Under the pieces are notes generated by a model. The model saw only the letters and a program-made list of their open reading frames with translations, was not told the DNA's origin and ran no database searches. From NCBI GenBank assembly GCA_030704615.1, contig CM060732.1, positions 64,604,001 through 64,668,000 on the forward strand: 64,000 nucleotides of DNA, read 5' to 3'. Made by a program: the position numbers and the translations under genes. This document shows positions 1 through 11,806 of the stretch, in pieces (position 1 is the stretch's first letter; each line of letters opens with the position of its first letter). Source of the stretch: Takakia lepidozioides. Its lineage: Eukaryota > Plantae > Bryophyta.

Positions 1-1490
1 ACACGCGGACGATGCACAATCCGTATGTATGTGGAAAGATCAGAACCCGGACTCGGTGTTCTTCTACCAAGATGAATCATTGGCGCCCACATTTCAACAT
101 TTTGATGGAGATTTGGCCTTCACCATTGGTATTCAGACTCCATGGCAGCGGCGCGATGCGCGAATCGTAGCTTGCGACGCGACATTTGGAACTAACCATC
201 ACAAGGTCTGCCGTCAACCCTCTCCATGGGTTCTGGGAGCATGATAGCCTAGTTCATTGCCCGTTAGTCTTCCATTGCTGTTGTGGGTGCCTTTTTTGTC
301 CTCAATTCCGATAGATCCAACTGTTCTAATAGACCCTGTTCCAGTAGACCATATGCGGGCAGTAAACCATGTGTTCCAGTAGACCCTATTGGTAGGATCA
401 GAACTATGTTTATGCCGGGCAATGACTGTAAAAGTTTGGATCCATTGGTCCACTGCCCTCACTGGTCTGCTAATTGTGAATTGACGTTTCATGCAGTTCC
501 CCTTGTACACATGAATGGTGTTCAACCAATGGTTGAACGGAATTCCGGTTGCATACATATTGTCAGCACGCAACCGAACATCAGACCTCATCCCGTGGAT
601 GTCAGCATTGCGTGATTCTCTCCTAGCAAAAAAACCCAGCTGGCGCCCGAATGTCTTCATTGTGGACGACGCTGAAGCAGAAATCAATGCAATCCGGTAT
701 GCCACAGATTTTATTGTGCTCTTTGGTATCCTGTGTGGTCTGCTCCATGGTCCGCAGTATGGTCTGCTTGGTGGTCTGCTCGATGTCCAACGCCATTCTG
801 ACTATGTGGTCCGTGCAGGTCTGTTTGCGCAGGAATAAGCATTTTCCTCTGCCTTTGGCATGTGCGCAAGGCCTGGGTCAACCAATCATGCCAGAAAATC
901 AGTGATCGGAGAACAGCCTCAAAACTATTGGCAGATATGGGATACCTTATGTACTTGCAGAGGTGGACCTCATAAAGAAGACAAGGCTATCAAATGGGTA
1001 AAGAAAAAATTGAGGGCAATGAAAAAGAAATATCCTGCAGGTCATTTGTTTCTCCACTACATTCATGTGTACTAGGTTCCCAAGATTGCGATGTGTGTAC
1101 GGCTGCCCGGAACATTCCACATGCAAGCCAAGATACGAATGCAAGCATTGAGGCATATCACGGTAACTTAAAGGCGAGACTGAATATGGGCAAAGGGAAA
1201 ATGACGGGTCGGAGAGCCGACTGGCTCATATGGGAGTTGACAGGGTGTGTTCTTATCCACTACTAGTACTCCATTCATCTGGGTTCATTTGCAACAATAA
1301 ACAAGAAAAATACATTTCCAGTGCAATATGTGCAGCCCGTGACATACCTCTATCGCGTGTAATTTTGTTGGGCGGACCTGGCCAGCCAGCTTATGTCATT
1401 AGTTCCTCTGATCCAGACACTACCTACATAGTATTTATTCCGAGTCGCAGTGGGCCTGCTGCACATGCCAGTGGGCCCTGAAAGGGAATA
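1..1490 (+). pseudogene. MULE (Mutator-like) DDE transposase with C-terminal SWIM remnant; intron-containing, decayed, 5' end outside the window
   Basis: Motifs occur in order across frames: ACDATFGTN (D1), GIPVAYIL, FIVDDAEAEINAIR (D2), CLWHVRKAW (CxxH), DTNASIEAYH (E), then CCTCQW. GT-AG introns at ~206-496 and ~698-818. Internal stops and frameshifts are present. Confidence 0.85.
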
Positions 1491-1979
1491 TGAAAGCAGT
1501 AGACCAAGACAAATGTGTGTCCACCACGTGTGCAAACCACTGTGTCAGACCATGGTTGTCTGGAAACCAAGACAGCAGAACACGGAAGGCAATACACCAA
1601 TGAAACCCAACACAGTAGACCACGGAATGGAGTACACCATTAAACACCAAGACAGTAGACCATGCGAACAAGTACACCAATCGGCAGACCTGAGCACTAC
1701 ACCAAGACCCAACATGCAAAATGGAGTACACAAATGACAAGACAACAGACCAATGCAGCGCGACGATGACAGAAGTCAAGGACTAGACCACACCTAACAT
1801 CGACAAACCTTCAGACCTAAAAACCTGCAGATAGACAAACCTGCAGACGTTCCGTAAGCATACCAGCATGACGGCAGACCAATGAAATGTTCAACCGACC
1901 ATTTCAAAATCCGACCACTATTGTACACCATACAAAACTACAGAGCAGTCCATTGGAGCACCAAAATGGCAAGTCTTTC

Positions 1980-3040
1980 ATTATTTGCCAAGCCTAGAAG
2001 AAACAACCCGCACATCAGAAGAGTCTGACATGTCCGACAATCTTCTAGATGACAACTGCCTCTCTACAACTGCATTCTCCATAGTAGTAAGTGCTTTCAA
2101 AACGTACTCCACACACTTTACACGCTGCCTACAAGCATTTCGGAATGTAAACCACTTAGAAGTAAAAGGCTTTCCTCTCTCCGCCCTATTAGCTTTGCCT
2201 CAATCGCCCTTTAGCCAGTCATAGAACCCCTCGATAAACAACATGACATAAAAGCCACATTCCCACGAGAAGGGTTGCTGCGGCACATCTGCAACATTAA
2301 ACGAGAATGCAATGGCCTCGTTCCACTCTAGGCTCATGTGCTTCAAACCAAGGTATTCTCCATACAATCTTTTTATCCAGGGCAGTATCTCCAAAGTGGT
2401 GTGCAACTCCTTGATGGAGTTGAGATGAATGAACACACGTTTGACCCGGTCAATAATCACAAGACTCCAATGAGATCTGCCACATCGCACGAATAGATGT
2501 ATCAGCAGAGGGGACAAAAACACCCATTGACAGACCTACTAGTAGATCCATTGGCAGACCCACTGGTGGACCCATGGGCAGACACATTGACAGACTCACT
2601 CGTACAGTCAGGGATAGACCCACGGACAGACCAACGAGTAGACCACTGTTTAACAGGGCAGACTGTGTAGACCCAAGACAAGATCTTGATAGACCCATAT
2701 AGGGCAAATGGACACTTATCCTTCAACTATTGGTACCAGTATGTACTTGTAGGTCTTCAGGTCCTTCCCAATTCATTGCACCGTCAATCCGTGCTCCACC
2801 TGCGAGCGAACCCGTTCTTGGCCTGCATCCCAATGCATCTTCACTACACTCCAAACCCACGTCGGCAAAATAGCAACAACACTATATGTCGTGACATCCA
2901 CATCCTTCTCATAGAACCTACACCACAACTCAAGCAATCGGTCTGTAGCCTCGGATTCTTGTTTCTCTAAGGCTTTCAGGTCGTCCGTGGCAGTACTGCA
3001 CTCAAAAGCTGGGTCGTTTTCAAAAAAGTACAGCATTGCC
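1980..3040 (-). pseudogene. Ulp1-like (C48) SUMO/Ubl protease domain, C-terminal part of the MULE accessory gene
   Basis: HWSLVIID and VPQQPFSWECGFYVMLF give the catalytic His and the Gln/Cys motif. The normally Asp position reads HLNS. The domain is convergent with the transposase, as in Ulp1-carrying MULEs. Confidence 0.85.
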
Positions 3041-3395
3041 TTTCTACTCGCGATATATACATCGAAAGTGGAGCCAACTCAGGCAGTGAACCTACAGAAA
3101 CTCGGAAAAACCCTTTCAGAAAAAAAGACACATCAGCGGACCCTCCACATTGCAGACCCATTCCCGCAGACCCATGGAGACCAGGGTGCCAGTGGATAAG
3201 TGCTAGAGTGCGGTATGAGGGGAAGGAGCAGACCCATAGGAGCAGACCCATATTTTACTACAACATCCTGCAGACCCATGATCCTGGTCTGCTCATAGGT
3301 GGCAGACCAACGTAAAGATGGAGAGACTTACTGGTGTTTATTACGGAGCTCCGCAACTTCGGTCTCCACTTCGAAACAGATCTTGTGCTTAGCAC

Positions 3396-4298
3396 TCATG
3401 AACACTCCGGTCTTGGCCTTTTTAACAGTGCTTTTTTTTGGGGGGGAATTGGTTTTGCCACCGGGTCTGGTATGCGCTTCTTCCCAGCTGCTAACACCAT
3501 TGCTTTGTCTGGTTCAGCAGGTTTGTCCAACTTTCTTTCCAATGCAACGGCTGTCTCCTTCATACCCTCCCGGAGCTGGTTAGTTCGGCTTCGCAACAAC
3601 ACCTTGTCCGGGGGTTTATTAACACTTTGTGGACCCGTTCTGGGCGTGGAATTGGCCCCGACAATCACCACTGGACCGCCCTTCGTGCTAGACCCCATGT
3701 TAATGACCTGCGACCGACCACAAGCTGAGACCTCAGACGCCACAACCTTCACACAATTGACAGACCACACAACATCAGCAATGCTGAAAGTACACATGAC
3801 AATGTAACAGACTGCAAAAATGCAATGGAGTCGGACCTTTGGGGGCACTGTGGGTGTTTGTGATTCCGCCACTCCAATGGCAGGCACTTCTTCGAATGGA
3901 GTGTCTGGACCTAGCGAAAGAGAAGTGGCAGAAACCTCTGTGTGGTCTGCCACAAGGTCTGTGCAGGCCTGCGCAAGGTCTGCCGACCGTGATACAAGGT
4001 TTGCTGTGGGGTCTACCTTCTCCGCGGCGGACTCCAACATAACAAGCACCCTATCAACAGACTGGTCTAAGGACATTAGGGGATCTACATCTGACTGAGG
4101 GTCCACAGACCTTATAGGCATAACGTCCATAGATGCATTTGGATCATACAGGGTCTGTGACAGAGCAGAAAGGTCGCTATACTGCAGGTCAAAGTCCACT
4201 GTAGTAATGCCAACATTGGTCTACTGTGTGGATTCAGGATGTGCTATGTCTAAAGGTCTTGTGGCAAGGGTGAGGTCCACTCCTGGGGGGTGCACTCC
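3396..4298 (-). pseudogene. Low-complexity exons of the MULE accessory gene (downstream part, cut off by the 4299-11806 insertion)
   Basis: The frame ...DQIFQEAS (ending 11804) continues in frame as GVHPPGVDLTLATRPLD... from 4298 and joins the 3396-4199 ORF through one stop codon. Confidence 0.55.
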
Positions 4299-5569
4299 TC
4301 ATTAAATGTACCAGCCACGTGCGTGCACAGGAGGGGGTATTTTAAACCCCCCCATGTACAACATTATACATACAAAGGGGGGTTTAAAACACGTTAAATA
4401 TAATTTTACAGGAGGGGGTTGTTGAGTTTTAAGGGGTAGAGTAGTGGTAAGAGCGACGTTTTGAACGCGATGCACCGCGGGATCAAATCGCGGGATCATC
4501 CTTTTGTTTTTTTTTGTTTTTTTGTTCTCTCCGCGATCTTTCTCCCCTTCCCTCCCGCGGCTTTCTCTTTTCCCTCTCCTCCTCTCATCTCCTCTCCACT
4601 CCTCTCCCGCGTTCCAAGGTTTAGGGGAGAGTTTAGGGAAGCGATCCTTTTGGGTTGATGGGAGGGCAAATCCTCCATGAGTCATGATACAAGGTCAAGG
4701 ACAATGTGGTGAGGGCACCTTCTTCTTCGACCTATTTCAGCCTGCTTGCCCTCTCATCAGAGTCGGCCCTGAATTTGTAGCACTGAGCAGACCTGGCATG
4801 AGTTTTTAGAAGATTGACAATGGTGGGACAACTGCAATCGCAAGGTGTGGCGTTTTCTTAAGGTACGATGTGAAGAATTTTTTCCATCCTGCTATTGTTG
4901 GCTCTTGCCTCCTGTTAGTACCTGATTTGGTATTCTTCCAGATGTTTACATGGTTCTTGGGAGAGTCAGCTTGGTCTAAGCAGGCCGTGCTCAGCTGCAC
5001 CGTGGTGGTTCTCACTGACCAATCCGTCGTTACCTGACTACATACACAAGTAGGCACACACAAGAGGTCCTCTTTTGATCTCAGTCCAAACCAGGAAGTG
5101 GTCAGAGGTACCAATATCAGTTCTGTCGATCAACACATTGGCACACTGGGGGAACAAATTTTTGTCCATTAGTCCACAATGGAACGTTCCCCAGTTTGGG
5201 ATTTCTCACGAGTCCACTGCACTTGGTCACTTGCAGTTGGAGTCCTTGCCCTTGGTTGTCTTCCTAGAGCGCCCCGTTGAATCACCAATGTATAAGACCG
5301 CTCTCCAGCCAGTCAAGGGACAAACTTCTTTGAGATTGAATTGATGTGGGACTCTATTAGAAGCACTTTTGGTCATTGCAACCTTCAACGTACCCCTGTT
5401 ATCAAGTCTCGAGATGGAACCATTAGCCATGAAATCCAAGCCTAAGCTAGAGCATGTAGTTTTAAAGATATAGAGTCGATGTTTCCAAGATATAAAGTCG
5501 ATTAACTTAGGATATCTGGTGTTGGATATATGTTGCAGCTGACCCCACCATCTGACCTTTGAATTCATT

Positions 5570-7060
5570 CAATGGAAACAACACCGGTAGCAGCGCAATT
5601 GATAGAGGAAGACACTACTGATGAAGGTACCTTCTTCAACACATTTGTGGTGAGGGCACCTTCTTCTTCAACTAACTCATATTGAATTATGTAAGTTAGC
5701 TCGTTGGGTGGATATGTGGTGGTTTGGAGTGACTTTGCAAGTTACTGCCAAGGTGACAGCAGGAAAGTACCTACAAATAGATAACAGAGTGTGGAGGGAT
5801 GGGAGAATGAGACACTTTTCTGACCCCAGTCAATGGTGGGACAATGTGGGTGGATGGTCAACTGGAAACCGTAGCGGCAGCAGCGCAATTGATAGAGGAA
5901 GGCACTCTTGATGAAGGTACCTCCTTCAACACATTTGTGGTGAGGGCACCTTCTTCTTCAACCTATTTCAACCTGTTTTTCCCTCTCATTAGACTCAGCC
6001 CTGAATTTGCATATTGAATTAGTAAGTTAGCTCGTTGGGTGGATATGTGGTGGTTTGGAGTGACTTTGCAAGTTACTGCCGAGGTGACAGCAGGAAAGTA
6101 CCTACAAACAGATAACAGAGTGTGGAGGGAGGGGAGAATGAGACACTTTTCTGACCCCAGTCAATGGTGGGACAATGTGGGTAGATAGTCAACTGGAAAC
6201 AGCAGCGGCAGCAGCGCAATTGATAGATCAAGGCACTGCTGATGAAGGTACCTTCTTCAACACATTTCAGCCTGAGGGCACCTTCTGGTTTGACTTGTTT
6301 CAGCCTGTTTTTCCCTCTCATCAGACTGAGCCCTGAAATTGCATATGTATTGAATTCTGTAAGTTAGCTCGTTGGGTGGATCTGCGGTGCTTTGGAGTGA
6401 CTTTGCAAGGTATTGCCGAGGTGGCAGCAGGAAAGTACCTAAAAAAAGATAACAGAGATGGAGAGAAGCTTTCAAGGAATGAATACTTTTCTGACCCCAG
6501 TCAATGGTGGGACAACGAAAGTAGATGGTCAGCTGGAAACAGCGGCGGCAGCAACGCAATTGATAGAACAAGGGACTGCTAATGAAGGTACCTTCTTCAA
6601 CACATTTCAGCTTGTTTTTCCCTGTTATCAGAGTCGTCCCTAAATTTCCAGATGGCCGGATTTCAAGCTCCAGATTACCTATCATTCCATGTGGAAGGAT
6701 AGCTACAAGAAACCTGCATGGGTAGATGGTCAACTTGAAGCCACAGTAGCAGCAGCAGAGACATGATGTACGCATTGTCAGTGTGGAGGGAGGGGTAGCT
6801 GTTGATGCAGGGAGAGGATTGTGGGTGCAGAATCATCCAAGAGGGCTAGATTTGGAGCAAGGAATAGCGCTAGCAGGAGTTCTACAAATATGATCCACAG
6901 GGGTGGGACAATATTGTCAACAATGTGAGCTTTCTTCATGCCACATCGTAGGGAGTTTTACAGAACTTTGTATTCAAATATGTTAGTGTGGAGGGAGGGC
7001 TAGCCGCTGATGCAGGGATGGACTGTGGGTTCAGGATCACCCAAGAGGGCTACCAGCAGT
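5570..7060. repeat. Diverged tandem repeats: about four ~290-340 bp units, then two ~205 bp units
   Basis: GATGAAGGTACCTTCTTCAACACATTT-like anchors at ~5620, 5910, 6241 and 6581; CTGACCCCAGTCAATGGTGGGACAA at ~5820, 6151 and 6491; GTGTGGAGGGAGGG at 6781 and 6987. A partial unit also lies at ~4705-4790. Confidence 0.9.
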
Positions 7061-7292
7061 GGAAGTAGCAGCACTTGGTCAATAGCAGCAACAACAATTA
7101 GCTACATCAAACTAATCAATCAGGTACTTGCTTCTGTACACATTTCATCCTCTTATCAACGTAGTCCCTACTTGGACAGCCTATAGGGCTGTACAAAACC
7201 GGACTTTGGAACCTTCCAACCCGGGTGCTTTGTTATTGGTATATCAAGGTCTGATTTGAAATCTTTTCATTGCATTTTGCAGGTGAACTCAT

Positions 7293-10200
7293 CATGGAAG
7301 AAGAGTTGGAAGTAAAAGTCCTGCACGTTGGAGGAGATGCATCACCAAACAGGCTTGGTTCTGTATTCACTATGCAAGGTGTCACATACAAATGCATCCG
7401 AGCAGAAATTCTAGGTGATGAGCTTATCTCAGGAAAATTTCATTTCCTTTCCATGGGGGGTAGTGTCCTTTCAGCCAAGCAGGAAGAGAGGATGGTTCTG
7501 AAAGGGGATACTGTACACATTAAGATTTCAGACCAAAATGATAGGGACCAAGGATTGAAAAGACCTCTATCCTCCAGTGGTTCTATAATCTTGCATGAGG
7601 ACATACCAGGCGAGGATCCGGCACCAGTGTCTAAAAAGATGAGGATGGACCCTCACACTACCTTTGCTGGCGATGGTGGAAATGAAGACCATGCACATGA
7701 GCATGCACTTCAGCAAAGATCTGGTAGATTGTGCAGCACATTGGCTACATCCAGCGATATTCAAAAATGACAGAAAAAAATTAGAGCCGTTGAAAAGAAA
7801 ATCTCTGCAGAAGGACGATGTGACAAGTTTGAGCTCATGACAAAGGATCAACAAGGACAAAAAATGTTCCACATATGGTGTGTTGAGTGTGAGGATGTTT
7901 ATGCACGGTCTGGGAAAAACAAACCATATGATGCATGTGCAAACTTTATGAGATCTCATTTGAGGAGTGAGGGGCATCGCATAACCTATGAGAGGCGTCA
8001 TGGGAAGGGTTCATTACAAGGTGTCATCAGCCCTGTAAATACAGATGAAGCATTAGATGCAAATAAGAACAGGGTGAAGGAGGCATTAGAGGAAGTCATT
8101 CAGTTTTGTGAGGACAATCCTGGAAATAGATTTGAGATTGTGGAAGCCACAATTGGAGACTATTCGCAGTTGGGTTCCATAAGGATTAAGTGCGCAATTG
8201 ATTCAAAGTGGCTACTTTTGTTTCCAAGGACATGTTCTTTGCAATCTTCTTTGACAGAGCATGTGAAAGGAAAAACCCATGTGGATGCAGAGATTTGCCA
8301 GAAGGTTGGAAGTAATGAAAGATTGTGCAAAAAGAGAGGAAGGCCTCCAAAGCCCATGATTGCCAAAGATGTAAAGCAACGGGATCTAAGCTCTTTCTTG
8401 GTCAGTCAACCTGTGTTGCCGTCCCCACCACTTGACAATCCAATTGTAGCATCAACAATGGGAGCATCCTCATCACAAACTCTATACACTTGTGTTGACG
8501 CTGCCCAACGGGGAGATCTGATCGAGGATTGACAATTACATCGAAGGTCCCAATGCAACAAAGGAAGAGACAGTTTGTGTTGGGGCCTATGGGATGAATG
8601 GTGGGAGTACAACCACAAGAGGATAAGTCTGAAACCATTCTTTCAAGATAGCAAGGGAGAAAAGAAGTGGTATGTCGAGCCGTTGACACATGCAACCATC
8701 ACCTAAACAATCAAGAGCATAAGGTTGTTGGTACGTTTTGGCACGCGGATTGTTTTAGAGTGTCATTGGATGGGGAGCCATCTCCAAACTTGAGGTGTCC
8801 AGCATGTTCTTCCATTCCCTTGGAAAATGACTTCAGAATGAGGGTATATAGAGAGAGAGGTGCCATGGAATGTAGAGGGGAGAGAGATATTGGCAAGGGA
8901 AGAAGGCTGTCATATCTTGGAAATGCCAAGATTGTCAAACAATTTTATAAAAACAGGCAAGAGTTGAGGCAGTTGAGGTTCAAATTGTGGGAGGCCAGGA
9001 CCAAAGTGGCATCCTTGTCTATGCGATGTAGGAGTTTGAAGGAGTCTGGGATTGAGGCAATTGAAAGAGGAGATGTTCTCAAATTTTGTCGTGATATTGT
9101 TGATGCACATAGGAGGCCGAGGGATTTTGAAGGAAAAGAAAGTTTGTGGGACTTTCTTGTTGATATGGGCAAGAATATTGACAGGTCTCCACAAGGGAAG
9201 AGGTATGGTACTAGCACAAAAACAATGTTTGAGACTGTGCAGCTTTGGGGGGGGTCCGAGATTGCATCATTTTTTGGCTTCAAATGTGGGGGGTCCTTCT
9301 ATTGATACTACAAGACGGTCTTTGATGAAGGGTTTGAAGTATAGAGCGGGAGAAAAGGATGATATATTTCAGCATGTGGCTGGAATTTACAGAGATGTGA
9401 TGGAAGATGCAAGTATTCCAATGGGAAGCATCCCAGTGATGGTGGCCGAAGATGAAACTGTTGTGAAGCGATTGGTACATTGGATTGCTAGGGATGACAC
9501 CTTTCTCGGGTTATGTGGGCTTCAAGACAACCATGTATGTATTTCAGATTTTGTGGTGCAAGTGGGAGAAGGGGAATCAGGGTACGAACATATTGTGGAG
9601 GCATTTAAAAACAATGTGGTTGCCCATTACACCAGAGTGTTGATAGCAAATCCTCTACATGTGCGGTTACCTCGATTGGTATTGGTAATCCAGCTCATTT
9701 GCAATAGATTTGACAACAATTTTGTGAGATCACAATGGGAAGTGGTGAGGTGCTTGTGGGACAAATATGTGAGGGACATGGTTGGGCCTATAATTGGGCA
9801 TGCTTCAGACGGAGATAGTAGGAGGAGAAAAGTGATATTAGAAGATTATGCCAATGGGGCTGGAAGTAGATTTTGCATCCCTTGGGAAGGATGGTTGTTT
9901 ACAGGCCGAGTGTGCAACGGGTGAGATATGTACGGACTCCATGATTAGGACTTCATCCACAATGGGAAAAAATTGGTAAATCCCTTGGACAGTGCATCAC
10001 GGACTTTGGTGTTGGGTGACGAGGTTGCTACATTGAATCATGTGTTATTGGTCTACCATTCATTTTTAGTGGACAAGCATGGACTTCGGGAAGGTGATAT
10101 CAAAAGAGAAGATCGACAGAATTGGGCAGCAGCTCAACAACTGGCATCTCGGAAGGTGCAAGCTTGTTTGAGGGAGTTACAATCGATTGTAAATCATCGA

Positions 10201-11716
10201 AGAGAGAGGACCAAATGTACTGAAATTTACCTACACATCATTTCATGCTACATTGAAATTTTTTTGTCTCATCACATGTCATTGTGTGAGAGGGTACAAT
10301 TTGCTGCGAATATATCGTTTTTTTTTCAGATTGTGGAAGTTGTGGCTATTCCACCACGAGGTGTATAATCTGAAATCCTTCTTCATTAGCAGGGAAGTAT
10401 ACTTGGATTTACAAATTTCATGCCACTACGTGGTTCTGCTTATCAAATTGTTCAAGGATAAGTTTAATCATGTATAAGTTCATTTGAGCCTTGTTGGTTG
10501 AGATGCGTGTGAAATATTCTTCAGCAAAGTGGGAGGTATGTTACAAAATGAGAGGATATATGATGGGTGTGATTTGATTGAGAGTGCGGGAGCATTAACA
10601 CGTATATCTGAGTTCGAGGTGAATCCAAAAGGGCCTAAGTTCTCAAGAGCTCACAAAAAACAAGAACACATTTGGTTTTCATTGGAGAAGAAGCCAGATA
10701 TCCCCCTTGCTGATTTGTCCGACTTTTCTACTGTCCAATCGGATGATTGCATTGTGGAGGCTTTGAAAACTGGATTTCTAGAAGCGCAACTTTTATGCCA
10801 TAAACTTGGGATGAAACCAAACAAAGCGACAAACTTGGATTGGTGGAATGAGCCATGGACAATTGAGAGACAAATAGAAGCTGAGCTATTCAAAAGCATG
10901 GAAGAGGAGGGTGATAATGTCGATGCCATAGATTCTATTTGTCCTCTTAATGCAGACACACATATTCAAAATGAGGTCGTAGAGGATGAATTGGTGTGCG
11001 GGTCTTCGAATTCAATGGAGGATGTTTTGAGCCAACCTTTGGATGATCATGCGGAAGAGGTACTTATTCAAAGTGAATTGAGACATACTCTGGATGCTGT
11101 CATTGATGAGTTTGAACAAAAGAAAGATGGTTCGAAGGCGGTGGTTCCATTTGTCGAAGTAGATGGGAAGACCATATTCAATAGCACTTTGGTTAGCCAA
11201 CTCAATGGCAACCCTACTCTATCCAAGGATAGATTGACACGAGTAAGAAGTGCATCGACGTTGTTTTGCCGAGAAAACAAACCAACCACCAGCAACAAAG
11301 CCACGAGCTTGGGATTGGGTTCGGATTGTGCTGTATTTTTTGTTGATGATGAGACTACGATCCAAACTACAAATAGGAAAGGCAGACCAGGGAAAACCTG
11401 CAGAGGAGCAACCAAAGGCACATGGTATTTGGGCAGGGTTCAAAGAATGCGGAGGAAAATCAATAAGCGGTTTGTAGAGTGTAGGGATTCTGTTGATTTA
11501 TTGGAGCGTCCTTCTCATATGGAGATTGGGTTAGCATGGTACCAAAAAGTTTGAGGAGGGGTCTATACGTACGATTTGACGGATAACATGATGGTTGATT
11601 TGGATTCCATTATTGCATTAGCATGTTTAAAGTACAATGTCAAGTCAAACACATATGTACTTGATGCAAATGACCGAAAAGTCTTTGACAACTTTATCAA
11701 ATGCAAATTTTTTAAT
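7293..11716 (+). pseudogene. P-element/THAP9-like DDE transposase with N-terminal C2H2-type zinc fingers; several stops and frameshifts
   Basis: Motifs in order: VAEDETVVK (D1), GHASDGDSRRRK (D2), HD*DFIHNGKKLVN (DxxH), EDRQNWAAAQ, G*DACEIFFSKVG (E). This matches the P-superfamily motif order. N-terminal CVEC...H..SEGH finger. Confidence 0.65.
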
Positions 11717-11806
11717 TAATTTATTAGATTTTATTATGTTTTAAATGAATAAATTCGATATAATATAAAAACATACATATACATATTGGAGGGTATTTTT
11801 TAATGA

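Larger units (their letters stand above)
4299..11806 (+). mobile_element. 7.5 kb DNA element nested in the MULE, encoding a P-superfamily-like transposase
   Basis: Composition changes sharply at both ends. The ends read TCATTAAA...TTTAATGA (8-bp inverted repeat). The flanking minus-strand ORF is restored when the block is removed. Confidence 0.65.
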
